From: a bacterium
GTDB lineage: Bacteria; Krumholzibacteriota; Krumholzibacteriia; LZORAL124-64-63
Direction: 5' to 3'
DNA: 64,000 nt
Assembly (NCBI GenBank): GCA_031441465.1
Contig: JANOEP010000010.1
Coordinates: 96,001-160,000 of the forward strand
Below the pieces are notes generated by a model that saw nothing but the letters and a program-made list of their open reading frames with translations, was not told the origin of the DNA and searched no databases. The translations under genes and the position numbers were made by a program. This document shows, piece after piece, positions 36,437 to 51,355 of this stretch (position 1 is the stretch's first letter; each line of letters starts with the position of its first letter).

Positions 36437-36931
36437 TCAGGCGCGGGCGAAGCGCCGCCGCAGGGCCTCGGCGACGCCCGGGGTGACGAAGGCGTCCAGG
36501 GCGCCGCCGCAGCGGGCGATGTCGCGCACCAGCGTGCTCGACACCATCGCCAGTTCGGGCCGCGGGAACAGGACCACGACTTCGAAACCCGGACTCAGGA
36601 CGCGGTTGAGGGCCGCCATGGCCTGCTCATGATCGAGGTCCGCCTGGGAACGCACGCCCCGCAGCACGGCGGTCGCGCCGAGTTCGCGGGCGGTGTCGAC
36701 GAGCAGGCCGTCGAACCCGATCACACGGCAGCGATCGGCGCCGGCCAGGCCGACCAGCGCGCCGCGCACCAGTTCGACGCGCTCCTCCCGCTCCAGGAGC
36801 GTCGCCTTGCCGCCGGCCGCCACCGCCACGGTCACCCGGTCGCAGAGGGCGAGCCCCCGCTCGAGGAGGTCGAGGTGACCGCGCGTGAACGGGTCGAAGG
36901 TGCCGGGGTACAGGAAGTGGCGCTCGTTCAT
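36437..36931 (-). CDS. coaD: Phosphopantetheine adenylyltransferase
   Basis: 'YPGTFDPFTRGH', 'LRGVR', 'VSSTLVR'; follows rsmD with an ATGA overlap. Confidence 0.94.
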   Translation of the reverse strand: MNERHFLYPGTFDPFTRGHLDLLERGLALCDRVTVAVAAGGKATLLEREERVELVRGALVGLAGADRCRVIGFDGLLVDTARELGATAVLRGVRSQADLDHEQAMAALNRVLSPGFEVVVLFPRPELAMVSSTLVRDIARCGGALDAFVTPGVAEALRRRFARA

Positions 36932-37482
36932 GACGATGGCTCCAGCAGGCTGAGGGTGGCGGCGCCGTAACGCCGGTCGTCGCGCCGCCAACCCTCCGGG
37001 GCGGCGCGCAGCGCGCAACCAGCGCCGTGCTCGAGCACGGCCACGGCCAGGCGCCCCTGCGCGGACAGCGCGAGGAAGAGTTCCCAGAGCGCCGCGCCCG
37101 TCCGGTCGGCGTAGGGCGGGTCCGCCAGCAGGATGGTCCCGCCGGCCAAGGTCGGGGCCGCCGCCTCCAGCCAGGCGACGGCGTCGCGGCGGTGCAGGCG
37201 CGCCGTCGCGGGTGCGGCGCGACAGGCCGCCAGGTTGCTCCGCACCGCGGCCAGCGCCCGCGGCGAGTGGTCGACGAAGTCGCAGGACGCGGCGCCCCGG
37301 CTCAGCGCCTCGAGACCCAACCCGCCCGCGCCGCAGCAGAGGTCGGCCACCGGCGCGCCGTGGATGCGGCGGCCCAGGATGGAGAACAGCGCCTCCTTGA
37401 CCCGGTCCGTCGTCGGCCGCGTGGCCAGCCCCTCCGGCGCGACGAGGCGCCGCCCGCGCCACTGTCCGGCGACGACCCTCAT
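36928..37482 (-). CDS. rsmD: 16S rRNA m2G966 methyltransferase
   Basis: 'MRVVAGQWRGRRL', 'RPTTDRVKEALF', 'DLCCGAG', 'ADPPY'. Confidence 0.92.
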   Translation of the reverse strand: MRVVAGQWRGRRLVAPEGLATRPTTDRVKEALFSILGRRIHGAPVADLCCGAGGLGLEALSRGAASCDFVDHSPRALAAVRSNLAACRAAPATARLHRRDAVAWLEAAAPTLAGGTILLADPPYADRTGAALWELFLALSAQGRLAVAVLEHGAGCALRAAPEGWRRDDRRYGAATLSLLEPSS

Positions 37483-38021
37483 GCGCCCACCGTCGCGCGC
37501 TGGCGTTGCCAGGTGACGTGGCGCGTCAGGGCGCGGCGGGCCGTGACCTCCGGCGCCGACTGGTCCGTGCGCACCCGAAAGTCGGCGGCGCGGGCGTAGA
37601 GAGGCCGACGCACGCCATCGAGCGCCCTGGCCGCGGCCCAGTCCCCCGCGGCCAGCAGGGGGCGGTCGTCGCCGGCGTCCGCCGCGGCGGCCAGGCGGGC
37701 CTGCAGCGTCTCCCAGGGCGCGTCCAACCAGATCACGCTGCCCCGGTCGCGCAGCAGCGCCACCGCCGCGGGCGTCGTGACGAGCCCGCCGCCGCAGGCG
37801 ATCACCAGATCGGCCTCCGGCGGCAGGGCGTCCAGCGCCGCGAATTCGGCGGCGCGGAAGCCCGCCTCCCCCCGCGCCCGGAACAGCTCGCCGATGGTGG
37901 CGCCCTCGCGCCGCACCACCTCGCGGTCGAGATCGATCACCGGCAGCAGCGCCCGCTCGCCGAGCAGTCGCGCCGCCGTGCTCTTGCCGCTGCCCATGAA
38001 GCCGATCAGGGAGATCCACAC
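37479..38021 (-). CDS. aroK: Shikimate kinase
   Basis: GTG after GGAGG. 'GFMGSGKS', 'DLD', 'GEAGFR', 'ACGGG', 'RPLL', 'RRPLY'. Confidence 0.92.
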   Translation of the reverse strand: MWISLIGFMGSGKSTAARLLGERALLPVIDLDREVVRREGATIGELFRARGEAGFRAAEFAALDALPPEADLVIACGGGLVTTPAAVALLRDRGSVIWLDAPWETLQARLAAAADAGDDRPLLAAGDWAAARALDGVRRPLYARAADFRVRTDQSAPEVTARRALTRHVTWQRQRATVGA

Positions 38022-38055
38022 GTGCCGCCTCCAACCCGCTGGGATGCCGGCGGCG

Positions 38056-38084
38056 AGCATAGACAAAACACGGGCGTCGGGCAA
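38056..38084 (-). promoter_or_regulatory. Sigma70 promoter for aroK-rsmD-coaD
   Basis: TTGCCC (38084-38079), 17 bp, TATGCT (38061-38056), ~35 bp upstream of the aroK GTG. Confidence 0.55.
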
Positions 38085-38102
38085 GCCTTGCCCGACGCCC
38101 GT
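38064..38102 (-). terminator. Intrinsic terminator after the sigma54 response regulator
   Basis: Perfect 16-bp inverted repeat ACGGGCGTCGGGCAAG / CTTGCCCGACGCCCGT (38070-38102), followed on the minus strand by GTTTTGT. Confidence 0.75.
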
Positions 38103-38142
38103 TCGGCTCGACGGCCCGGAATCGCTCCGGCGAACCGGCCGC

Positions 38143-39642
<1,500 letters not shown>

Positions 39643-39788
39643 GCATCGCTCCTTGGGTCGTGCCGCGCGGGCGGCCGTGCGTCTCCCGTCCGTCCCACTG
39701 GATATCGGTCAGATTGCAAGACACTTGAGCACGAAGGTGCAGGATTCCGCACCAGCCGGCATCCGGCCGGGGCAGAATGCAACGGCGG

Positions 39789-40985
39789 CTACACGGTGAG
39801 GAGTTCGGCGACGGGAGTCCCGGCCGTGTCCAGGACCAGCGGCAAGTCGATGCGGAACTCGGCGCCGCCGTCCGGCCCGGCCCCGACCTGGATGACGCCC
39901 CCGTGCGCCTGGACGATGCGCTGGACGACGGGCAGCCCGAGGCCGGTGCCGCCCGTCTTGGTGGTGACGAAGGGCCGGAACAGCGTGTCCCGCACCTCCG
40001 GTGCGATGCCCGGCCCGGTGTCCGCGACGACGAGCCGGCAGACGGTGTTGTCGTCGTCCAGCGTCGCGCTCAGGGTCAGGGTGCCGCGGCCGCCCATCGC
40101 CTCGCACGCGTTGAGCGAGAGGTTCAGCAGCACCTGCTGCATCTGCTCGGGGTCCATGAGCACCAGCAGGTCGTCAGGTTGGATCTCGGCCACGATGCGC
40201 AGGCCCTCGCGCCCCTGCTGGTGCATGCGGACCTGGAAGGCGAATTCCTCGAGGAAGGGCTTCAGTTCCGACAGCTGGCGCACCGTCGGGCGCAGCCGCG
40301 CGTAGGCGAGGAAATCGCTGACGATGCGGTTGACCCGCTCGCTCTCCTTCAGGATCAGCGCCAGCAGACGCTGTTCCTGCCCGCCGACCTTCAGTTCCGC
40401 GGCCAGCAGTTCCGCGCTGCCGCGGATGCTGCCCAGGGGGTTGCGGATCTCGTGGGCGATGCTGGCGGACAGCTCGCCGATCGCGGCCAGCCGGTCGTTC
40501 TCGCGCATGCGTTCGCGCAGGGCGTTGACCTCGCTCAGATCCTGGAAGATGGCGACGGCGCCGGCGGGGTTGCCCGCGTCGTCGCGGACGGGGTGGACGC
40601 TGATCCCGGCCGGCAGCCGGCGGCCGTCGGGCAGGGTGAGCAGGATCTCGCGGCGCGCCACCGTCTCGCCGCCGGCCAGCACCTGGACCACGGCGCGCGC
40701 GAACTCCCGGCGCCCCTCGTCGAAGGCGTCGGCCACGGTCTGGCCGGTCAGCGCCTCCTCGCTCACGCCCAGGATGCGCGCCGCGGCGGGGTTGGCCCGC
40801 TGGATGACGCCGTGCCGGTCGGAAATCACCAAGCCGCTGCCGAGGTTGGTCAGGACGTGGCGCAGGTCCGTGCGCAACTCCCGCTCCCGGGTCAGGGCCG
40901 TGCGTGCCTCGGCGCGCGCGCGCGACAGGCGGCGCAGGAGCACCGCGCACACGACCAGCAACGTCCCCGACAGCACCCACGACAT
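39789..40985 (-). CDS. PAS-domain sensor histidine kinase (PilS/NtrB-like)
   Basis: N-terminal TM, PAS ('ANPAAARILG'), H-box 'AHEIRNPL', N-box 'NLSLNA', 'DTGPGI', 'GTGLGL'. Confidence 0.94.
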   Translation of the reverse strand: MSWVLSGTLLVVCAVLLRRLSRARAEARTALTRERELRTDLRHVLTNLGSGLVISDRHGVIQRANPAAARILGVSEEALTGQTVADAFDEGRREFARAVVQVLAGGETVARREILLTLPDGRRLPAGISVHPVRDDAGNPAGAVAIFQDLSEVNALRERMRENDRLAAIGELSASIAHEIRNPLGSIRGSAELLAAELKVGGQEQRLLALILKESERVNRIVSDFLAYARLRPTVRQLSELKPFLEEFAFQVRMHQQGREGLRIVAEIQPDDLLVLMDPEQMQQVLLNLSLNACEAMGGRGTLTLSATLDDDNTVCRLVVADTGPGIAPEVRDTLFRPFVTTKTGGTGLGLPVVQRIVQAHGGVIQVGAGPDGGAEFRIDLPLVLDTAGTPVAELLTV

Positions 40986-41032
40986 GAACGGCCTCCCCGC
41001 GGCGCCGCGCCCCGCACGCGGCAGCCACCGGA

Positions 41033-41455
41033 TTATCGGCCGGGCGTGCCGGAACTTGACCCGCCAGGGCGGGCGACGACCGGCGCCGCGTCGTAGAGCA
41101 GCAGCGGGCCGAGCCGCTCCGTCAGCTTCGGCCCGATGCCCTTGACCCGCCGCAGGTCCGCCTGGTTGCGGAACGGCCCGCCGCGCTCCCGTTCGGCCAC
41201 GATGCGACCGGCGAGCACGGCGCCGACGCCCGGCAGGTAGGTCAGGGTGTCGGCGGTCGTGCGGTTGACGTGGAAGGGCGGCGCCGGCGGCTCGGGCGCG
41301 ACCTCCTCGACAGCCAGGGCCGGCAGCAGCCCGTCCAGGAAGCCGGGATCGCGCCAGGCGCCGTCGGCATCCACGAGCAGGGCGTGGCGGACCCAGCGGC
41401 CGGCCAGCACCGCGGCGAACAGCAACAGCAGGCCCAGGGCTTCGCGTCGGGTCAT
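41033..41455 (-). CDS. comEA: ComEA family helix-hairpin-helix DNA-binding protein
   Basis: N-terminal TM; 'HVNRTTADTLTYLPGVGAVLAGRIV', 'GPF...DLRRVKGIGPK'. Confidence 0.85.
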   Translation of the reverse strand: MTRREALGLLLLFAAVLAGRWVRHALLVDADGAWRDPGFLDGLLPALAVEEVAPEPPAPPFHVNRTTADTLTYLPGVGAVLAGRIVAERERGGPFRNQADLRRVKGIGPKLTERLGPLLLYDAAPVVARPGGSSSGTPGR

Positions 41456-41537
41456 GGGGGCTCCGGCCGGCGCGCGCCGGCGGCGGGGAGGCGGGCCGGG
41501 GCGCGGGAGTCGCCCGGGTGGGATCAGAGGGCGACGG

Positions 41538-43397
41538 TCAGCGCCGCAGGGTCCACTGCAGACGCCAGCGCATCTCGCGCCCCGGGGCAGGCGCCAGCGG
41601 GGTGACGGCCGTGGTGTCGCCGGTGAGATTGCGCAGTTCGAGGCCCAGGTCCGCGCCGACCAGGCGGAACGAGCCCAGCAGGTGGTGCAGGGTGCGGGCG
41701 GGTACGTCGGTCCCGCCGCCGGGGAGCCAGGGATCCGACATCGCGCCGCGGTGCTCCAGGACGTAGCCCAGTTCGAGGATGCCGTCCTCGTGGAAGGCGT
41801 GGCGCTCCCAGAACACATTCAGCACGGCGGACCGCTCCGGCGGCAGGGCCAGCGGCGATCCGGCGCCGACGTCGGTCCCGCGCCAACTCGCCGTCGCCTC
41901 CCAGCGCAGCAGGCCGGCCAGCCGGACGGCCCGCGCGACGGCGACGGTCGCGGCCCAGCCCTCGAGTTCCACTTCGTTGGCCCAGCGACCGCTGCCCGCG
42001 CCCGGAGCGGCGGCGCGCCAACCGATGCCGTCGCGGAGCCGCCGCCACGTCGCGTCGAAGCGGACGGCGTGCCCGGCGAAGCGGCCGTCGGTGGCGAGCG
42101 TCGCCTCGGTGAGGTCCTCCCAACCCAGGCTGCGCGCGGGCAGCATGACGACGGTGCGGCTCCCGGAGAACACGCGCTCGGAGGTGTACAGCTCGTCCAG
42201 GCGCGGTGCCCGGCCGCCGCGGCTCAGCCCGAGCCACAACGGCCAGGCGGTGGGGCGCCAGGTCGCGCCGGCGTGCGGCGACCAGCCAACGTGTTCGTGC
42301 CAGCGGCCGGCACACTCGAGCCGCCAGTCGGGCGGCAGGCCGCCGTCGCGCGGCGACTCCCAGGAGAAGTCGCAGACCCCGTCGCGGCCGCTCTTACCGA
42401 CGCGCGAGGTGTCCGCCCCCGCCCAGGCCGCGGTCCCGGACGCATCGTCGGCCAGTCGCCAGGACGCCACCTGGGCGCCCAACCGCCAGGCGGCGCGGCC
42501 GAGTTCCAGTCGGGCGCCGTCGCGGGCCGTCTCCACCTTGCGGTCGTCGTCCCCGATCTCCCGCACCACGTCCACGCGCGAGGACCACAGGCCGGCGCTC
42601 CATTCGCCACCGCCCCACGGTTGGCGCCAGTGCGCGGTGGTCCGGTCCCCCCACGTCTCCTGACGCTGCGCGCCGTACCGGGGCAGGTCGGTCAGATGAC
42701 GACGGTCGCGGGCGTAGCCCACGACCAGGGTCGACGTGTCGGGGAAGCGGCGGACCAGGGTCGTGCGGGTCAGGCGCGATCTGCTCTCGGCGGCGCCGGT
42801 GCGCGTGCTCCCGTCTTCGGGCAACTCGTCGAGCAGTTCCTCGAAATCGAAACGCCCCTCCCAAGGCGCCTGCTGGGTGCGCAGGGAGAGCCGTCTCAAA
42901 TAAGTGTCGCCGGCCCCCTTGAAGAAGGCGCTGTCCAGCAGGCTGCCGCCGGTATCCGCCGGGCAGGATTCCCAGGCGAGCCGAGGCGAGCCGCCGCCGC
43001 CCGGGTCCTGGGCGAACCCGACCCGCGCGAGGTCCGCGCCGGCCAGCGACCACGTCCAGGGATCGTCGGCCCAGCGATGGCCGAGACCCAGCGGCAATCC
43101 GTCCCGGACGGCCGACGGGACGCCGTCGTCCCCGGGCAGGTGCAACAGCAGCAGGGGCGCGCCCGGCGCGCCGTCGCGCACCGCGACCAGCGGCGAACTG
43201 CGCCCCAGCAGGTCCATGACATCGCCGGCGAAGGGCACCCACGGCGTGCGCGAACCGGGCGGCGACTCGGCCAGCGCCGCCGAGCGGACGCCGGCCGGCG
43301 CGACGGCCTGCGTGAAGGCGCACGAGGCGGCGATGGCGTTCCACGCGAGCGCCGCCGCGCCGTACCGCAGCAGCAGGCTCAAACGGCCGCGCGTCAT
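41538..43397 (-). CDS. Large outer-membrane beta-barrel (putative porin/TonB-receptor-like)
   Basis: Signal peptide, Trp-rich alternating strands, 'RAPRLDELY', 'LRNLTG', terminal strand 'MRWRLQWTLRR'. ATGA overlap with hutI. Confidence 0.65.
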   Translation of the reverse strand: MTRGRLSLLLRYGAAALAWNAIAASCAFTQAVAPAGVRSAALAESPPGSRTPWVPFAGDVMDLLGRSSPLVAVRDGAPGAPLLLLHLPGDDGVPSAVRDGLPLGLGHRWADDPWTWSLAGADLARVGFAQDPGGGGSPRLAWESCPADTGGSLLDSAFFKGAGDTYLRRLSLRTQQAPWEGRFDFEELLDELPEDGSTRTGAAESRSRLTRTTLVRRFPDTSTLVVGYARDRRHLTDLPRYGAQRQETWGDRTTAHWRQPWGGGEWSAGLWSSRVDVVREIGDDDRKVETARDGARLELGRAAWRLGAQVASWRLADDASGTAAWAGADTSRVGKSGRDGVCDFSWESPRDGGLPPDWRLECAGRWHEHVGWSPHAGATWRPTAWPLWLGLSRGGRAPRLDELYTSERVFSGSRTVVMLPARSLGWEDLTEATLATDGRFAGHAVRFDATWRRLRDGIGWRAAAPGAGSGRWANEVELEGWAATVAVARAVRLAGLLRWEATASWRGTDVGAGSPLALPPERSAVLNVFWERHAFHEDGILELGYVLEHRGAMSDPWLPGGGTDVPARTLHHLLGSFRLVGADLGLELRNLTGDTTAVTPLAPAPGREMRWRLQWTLRR

Positions 43398-44722
43398 CGC
43401 GACACCAACCGGCGGCCGTCGCGCCACACCTCGCGCACGGGATTGCGCCCGGCGTGGTAGGGCACCAGGCGGTGGTCGTCGACGTCTAGCACCAGGAAGT
43501 CGGCGGCGCGGCCCGGCGCCAGCGAACCGACTTCGTCCTGGAGACCGAGCGCCCAGGCGGCGTTGATCGTGCAGGCGGCCAGCGCCTCGGCCGGCGTCAG
43601 GCGCATCTGGGTGCAGGCGATGGACTGGATCAGGGGCACCGACGCGATCGGGCAGCTGCCGGGGTTGAAATCGGTGGCCAGGGCCACGGCCACGCCCGCC
43701 TCGATCATCGCCCGCGCCGGCGCGTAGCTGCGCAGGCCCAGCGAGAAGACCGTCCCGGGCAACAGCACCGCCACGGTCGGCGCGCCCGCCAGGGCGGCGA
43801 TGCCCGCGGCGTCGATGCGGATGAGGTGGTCCGCCGAGTCCGCTCCCAGCCGCGCGGCCAGCGCCGCGCCCCCGAACGGCTCCAGTTCGTCGGCGTGGAC
43901 GGTCGCGCGCAGGCCGAGTTCCTGCCCCCGTCGCAAGATCGTCGCGGTCTGTTCGAGGTCGAAGACCGTCGGCTCGCAGAAGACGTCCAGCCGCTCGGCC
44001 AAGCCCTCGCCGACGATCCGCGGCAGGATCTCGTCGCAGACGAGCTTGACGTAATCCCCACGGCGGTCCCGGTACTCGGGAGGCACCTCATGGGCGGCGA
44101 GGCAGGTGCGGACCACCCTCAGGCCGACCGTGCCGGCCGCTTCCCCGGCGATGCGGAGCATGCGGGCTTCATCATGATATGACAAACCATATCCGCTTTT
44201 AATTTCTATGGTTGTTGTTCCATGTTCAAGTACTTCACGAAGTCGCGCCACGGTCAGATCCAACAAGTCGTCATCGCTGCGCGCTCGTAGGTCCCGCACC
44301 GAGGACTGGATGCCGCCTCCCGCTGCGGCGATCTGCAGGTAGGTCTCGCCGCGTAGGCGCCGCTCGTACTCGTCCTGCCGGGTCCGGCCGAACACGGCGT
44401 GGGTGTGGGGATCGACCCAGCCGGGCACGACGCAGCGGCCGCCGGCGTCGTGGACGGCGCGCGGTGCGCCGCATCGGGCCAGCAACGCCGCTTGCGGTCC
44501 GTAGGCCAGCACGCGCCCGCCGGCCACGGCGAGCGCCGCCCCGGCGACCAGGCCGGGATCGTCGAGGTCGGCGCCGCGTCGGGGACCGGCGCTCGCCGCT
44601 CCCGGGCCTGGTCGGCCCGGCGCATCCAGCGTGCACAGCTGGCCGATGTTCTGCACCAGCAGGTCCGGCCCCGCCGCCAGGGCGGCGTCGTTTTCCGTCA
44701 CGACGCGGTCGATCGTGGTCAT
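43394..44722 (-). CDS. hutI: Imidazolonepropionase
   Basis: 'PGWVDPHTH', 'YLQIAAAGGGI', 'GTTTIEIKSGYGL', 'DVFCE', 'HADEL', 'ALATDFNPG'. Alternative start GTG at 44728. Confidence 0.95.
   Translation of the reverse strand: MTTIDRVVTENDAALAAGPDLLVQNIGQLCTLDAPGRPGPGAASAGPRRGADLDDPGLVAGAALAVAGGRVLAYGPQAALLARCGAPRAVHDAGGRCVVPGWVDPHTHAVFGRTRQDEYERRLRGETYLQIAAAGGGIQSSVRDLRARSDDDLLDLTVARLREVLEHGTTTIEIKSGYGLSYHDEARMLRIAGEAAGTVGLRVVRTCLAAHEVPPEYRDRRGDYVKLVCDEILPRIVGEGLAERLDVFCEPTVFDLEQTATILRRGQELGLRATVHADELEPFGGAALAARLGADSADHLIRIDAAGIAALAGAPTVAVLLPGTVFSLGLRSYAPARAMIEAGVAVALATDFNPGSCPIASVPLIQSIACTQMRLTPAEALAACTINAAWALGLQDEVGSLAPGRAADFLVLDVDDHRLVPYHAGRNPVREVWRDGRRLVSR
44168..44245. other. AT-rich synonymous patch inside hutI, with inverted repeat and promoter-like motif
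   Basis: 24/70 G+C over 44171-44240. 23 of 26 consecutive codons end in A/T. GATATG-N6-CATATC at 44176-44193. TTAAAA-17-TATCAT on the minus strand (44202-44174). Confidence 0.85.
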
Positions 44723-44724
44723 CG

Positions 44725-49498
<4,774 letters not shown>

Positions 49499-49513
49499 TC
49501 ACTCCAGCGGCGG

Positions 49514-51355
49514 TTAGAAGGACTGCAGCAGAGCGACGTGCAGCTTGGCGTCCTCGAAACGGAACGCACCCGGAAAGCCGATCGCCAGGGAGATCTCGCC
49601 GGCGGCCGAGGTCGTCATCAAACCGAGCCCGTAGCCGCGCAGATGGCTGGTGGCCGTGATCCGTCTCGTCGCATCCGCCGGGTCGGCGGTGGTGGTGCGA
49701 ACGTACCCCAGGTCCAAGAAGGTGTAAACACGCGAGCGGTCCGGACGTCCCCAGCGCAGTTCGAACGCCGCCGAGGCCACCCGCTCGCCGTGGAACTGGT
49801 CCTCCAGGTAGCCGCGCAGGCTGCGGGCGCCGCCGAGCCGGTACTGCTCGGTGAGGGGGGCGCCGGCCGCGTCGCCGCGCAGATCGCGGAACAGACCCGT
49901 CACCGCCGTGCTCGTGCGCGGTCCCCACCAGCGTTCGACGCCCAGATCGGCCTCGACCAGGGTCTGCCGCACCTCGCCGGCCGACGCGCCGGGAACCGCC
50001 CCGTCGCCGGTGCGCAATCCGGCGCCCCGGCGGGCCGATTCCAGGGCGAACGCCCCCGACCAACCGTTGCTCGCCGGATCGCCGCGCCGGCGCAGGATTC
50101 CCGCCCGGGTGCGCCAGCGGGACGTGCTCGACCAGGCGCCGGTGGCGTAGGTGCTGCGGTCGCGGCCCAGACCGAACTCCACACCCCAGGGACCGGACAC
50201 CGGCAGGCGCAGGCGGCCGTCGAGATGGAAACGCGTGGAGACGTTCCGTTGGACCTCGTGGCCGACGGTCAGGTCCGCATCAAGCGGCGTGCCGCCGATG
50301 AGCGGTTCGCGCCAGCCGATTTCGAGCCGGGACCGTTCGCGGCCGTCGTCGCTCCAGAGCAAATCGAGGCCCCGCCCGCTGCCGGCGAGGTTGGCCAGGT
50401 GCAGGTCCACCTGACCGCTCAGTCGCGAGGCCCCGTCCACGCCGGTGCGGCTCAGTCCGAGCATCACCGACGCGCGGTTCGGCCGCGGCTTCAGACGCAC
50501 CGGCCAGTGCACGCCGACCGCGTCGGCTTGCCCGGTCGCGTAGACGACCGGCGCGCCGACCTCGGCGTAGATGTCCCGCAGCTGCAGGCGGCGGCGCGCC
50601 GCTCCGAGTGACGACTCCCGGAATCGTGAACCGGGCGCCAGTCGCGCGGCCCGCGCCAGGAACGCCGACCCGCGTCCGCCGGGCAGGTCGGAGGTCGTCG
50701 GACCGAAGGCCACGGCGGGACCGGGCACGAGGATCGCCGTGACGTCCAGCAGGGGCTCATCGTCGCGGATCGCGACGCGCCGCACGATCCAATGCGCGAA
50801 GGGATGGCCGGCCTCCCCCGCCGCCTGCAGCAGGCCCGCGACGGCGCGCCGCCAGACGTCGGCGCCGACGGGGTCGCCGGGACGAGGCAGCCAGCGGGCC
50901 AGGGCGGCGCCGCGACCGGCGAAGTCGTCGCCCTCGACCTCCACCCGCCCGTGACGGTGGAGCGGCCCCGGCGACACGACCAGCGCCTGCCCGCTGTCGC
51001 GGCTCGCCGGCGCCACACGGCAGGCGAGGTACCCGCGCGCGAGCCAGCGATCGCGCAGCAGGGAGGCCGACGGCCGTCGTGCGGCGCCGTTGGTTGCCGC
51101 AGGATCGGCCGGTCGTGAAGGGTCGGCCAGCCAACCGGGAAGGGAATCCGCCGCCGCGCCCGTCGCCGCCACGACACCCGGCGGCAGGGAGGCCAACCAG
51201 TCCGCGTCTTCCAGGAGCCAGTTCTGCAGACGCCGGTCGCCGGCCGTCGCCGCCGAGAGACGCACCGCGGTCGGCGCGGCCGCGACGGCCGTGCTGCTAC
51301 CCAGGAACGCGGCCAGCAAGGCGCTAGAAACGAGCCGTCGACTCCAGTCGGACAT
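49514..51355 (-). CDS. Omp85 (BamA/TamA) family outer-membrane protein with degenerate POTRA domains
   Basis: Signal peptide, POTRA-like segments ('ARGY', 'GHPFA'), 'NLAGSGR', lid motif 'LGGARSLRGY', 'FLDLG', 'GYGLG', C-terminal Phe. Confidence 0.88.
   Translation of the reverse strand: MSDWSRRLVSSALLAAFLGSSTAVAAAPTAVRLSAATAGDRRLQNWLLEDADWLASLPPGVVAATGAAADSLPGWLADPSRPADPAATNGAARRPSASLLRDRWLARGYLACRVAPASRDSGQALVVSPGPLHRHGRVEVEGDDFAGRGAALARWLPRPGDPVGADVWRRAVAGLLQAAGEAGHPFAHWIVRRVAIRDDEPLLDVTAILVPGPAVAFGPTTSDLPGGRGSAFLARAARLAPGSRFRESSLGAARRRLQLRDIYAEVGAPVVYATGQADAVGVHWPVRLKPRPNRASVMLGLSRTGVDGASRLSGQVDLHLANLAGSGRGLDLLWSDDGRERSRLEIGWREPLIGGTPLDADLTVGHEVQRNVSTRFHLDGRLRLPVSGPWGVEFGLGRDRSTYATGAWSSTSRWRTRAGILRRRGDPASNGWSGAFALESARRGAGLRTGDGAVPGASAGEVRQTLVEADLGVERWWGPRTSTAVTGLFRDLRGDAAGAPLTEQYRLGGARSLRGYLEDQFHGERVASAAFELRWGRPDRSRVYTFLDLGYVRTTTADPADATRRITATSHLRGYGLGLMTTSAAGEISLAIGFPGAFRFEDAKLHVALLQSF

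Noticed and set aside
44168..44245. Calling the hutI AT patch a dif site, parS or oriC
   Set aside because: The best XerD-arm match is about 7/11 with a poor XerC arm, the parS-like TGTTCCATGTTCAAGT is not palindromic, there are no DnaA boxes, and gene orientation does not switch here. Kept only as an unexplained element.
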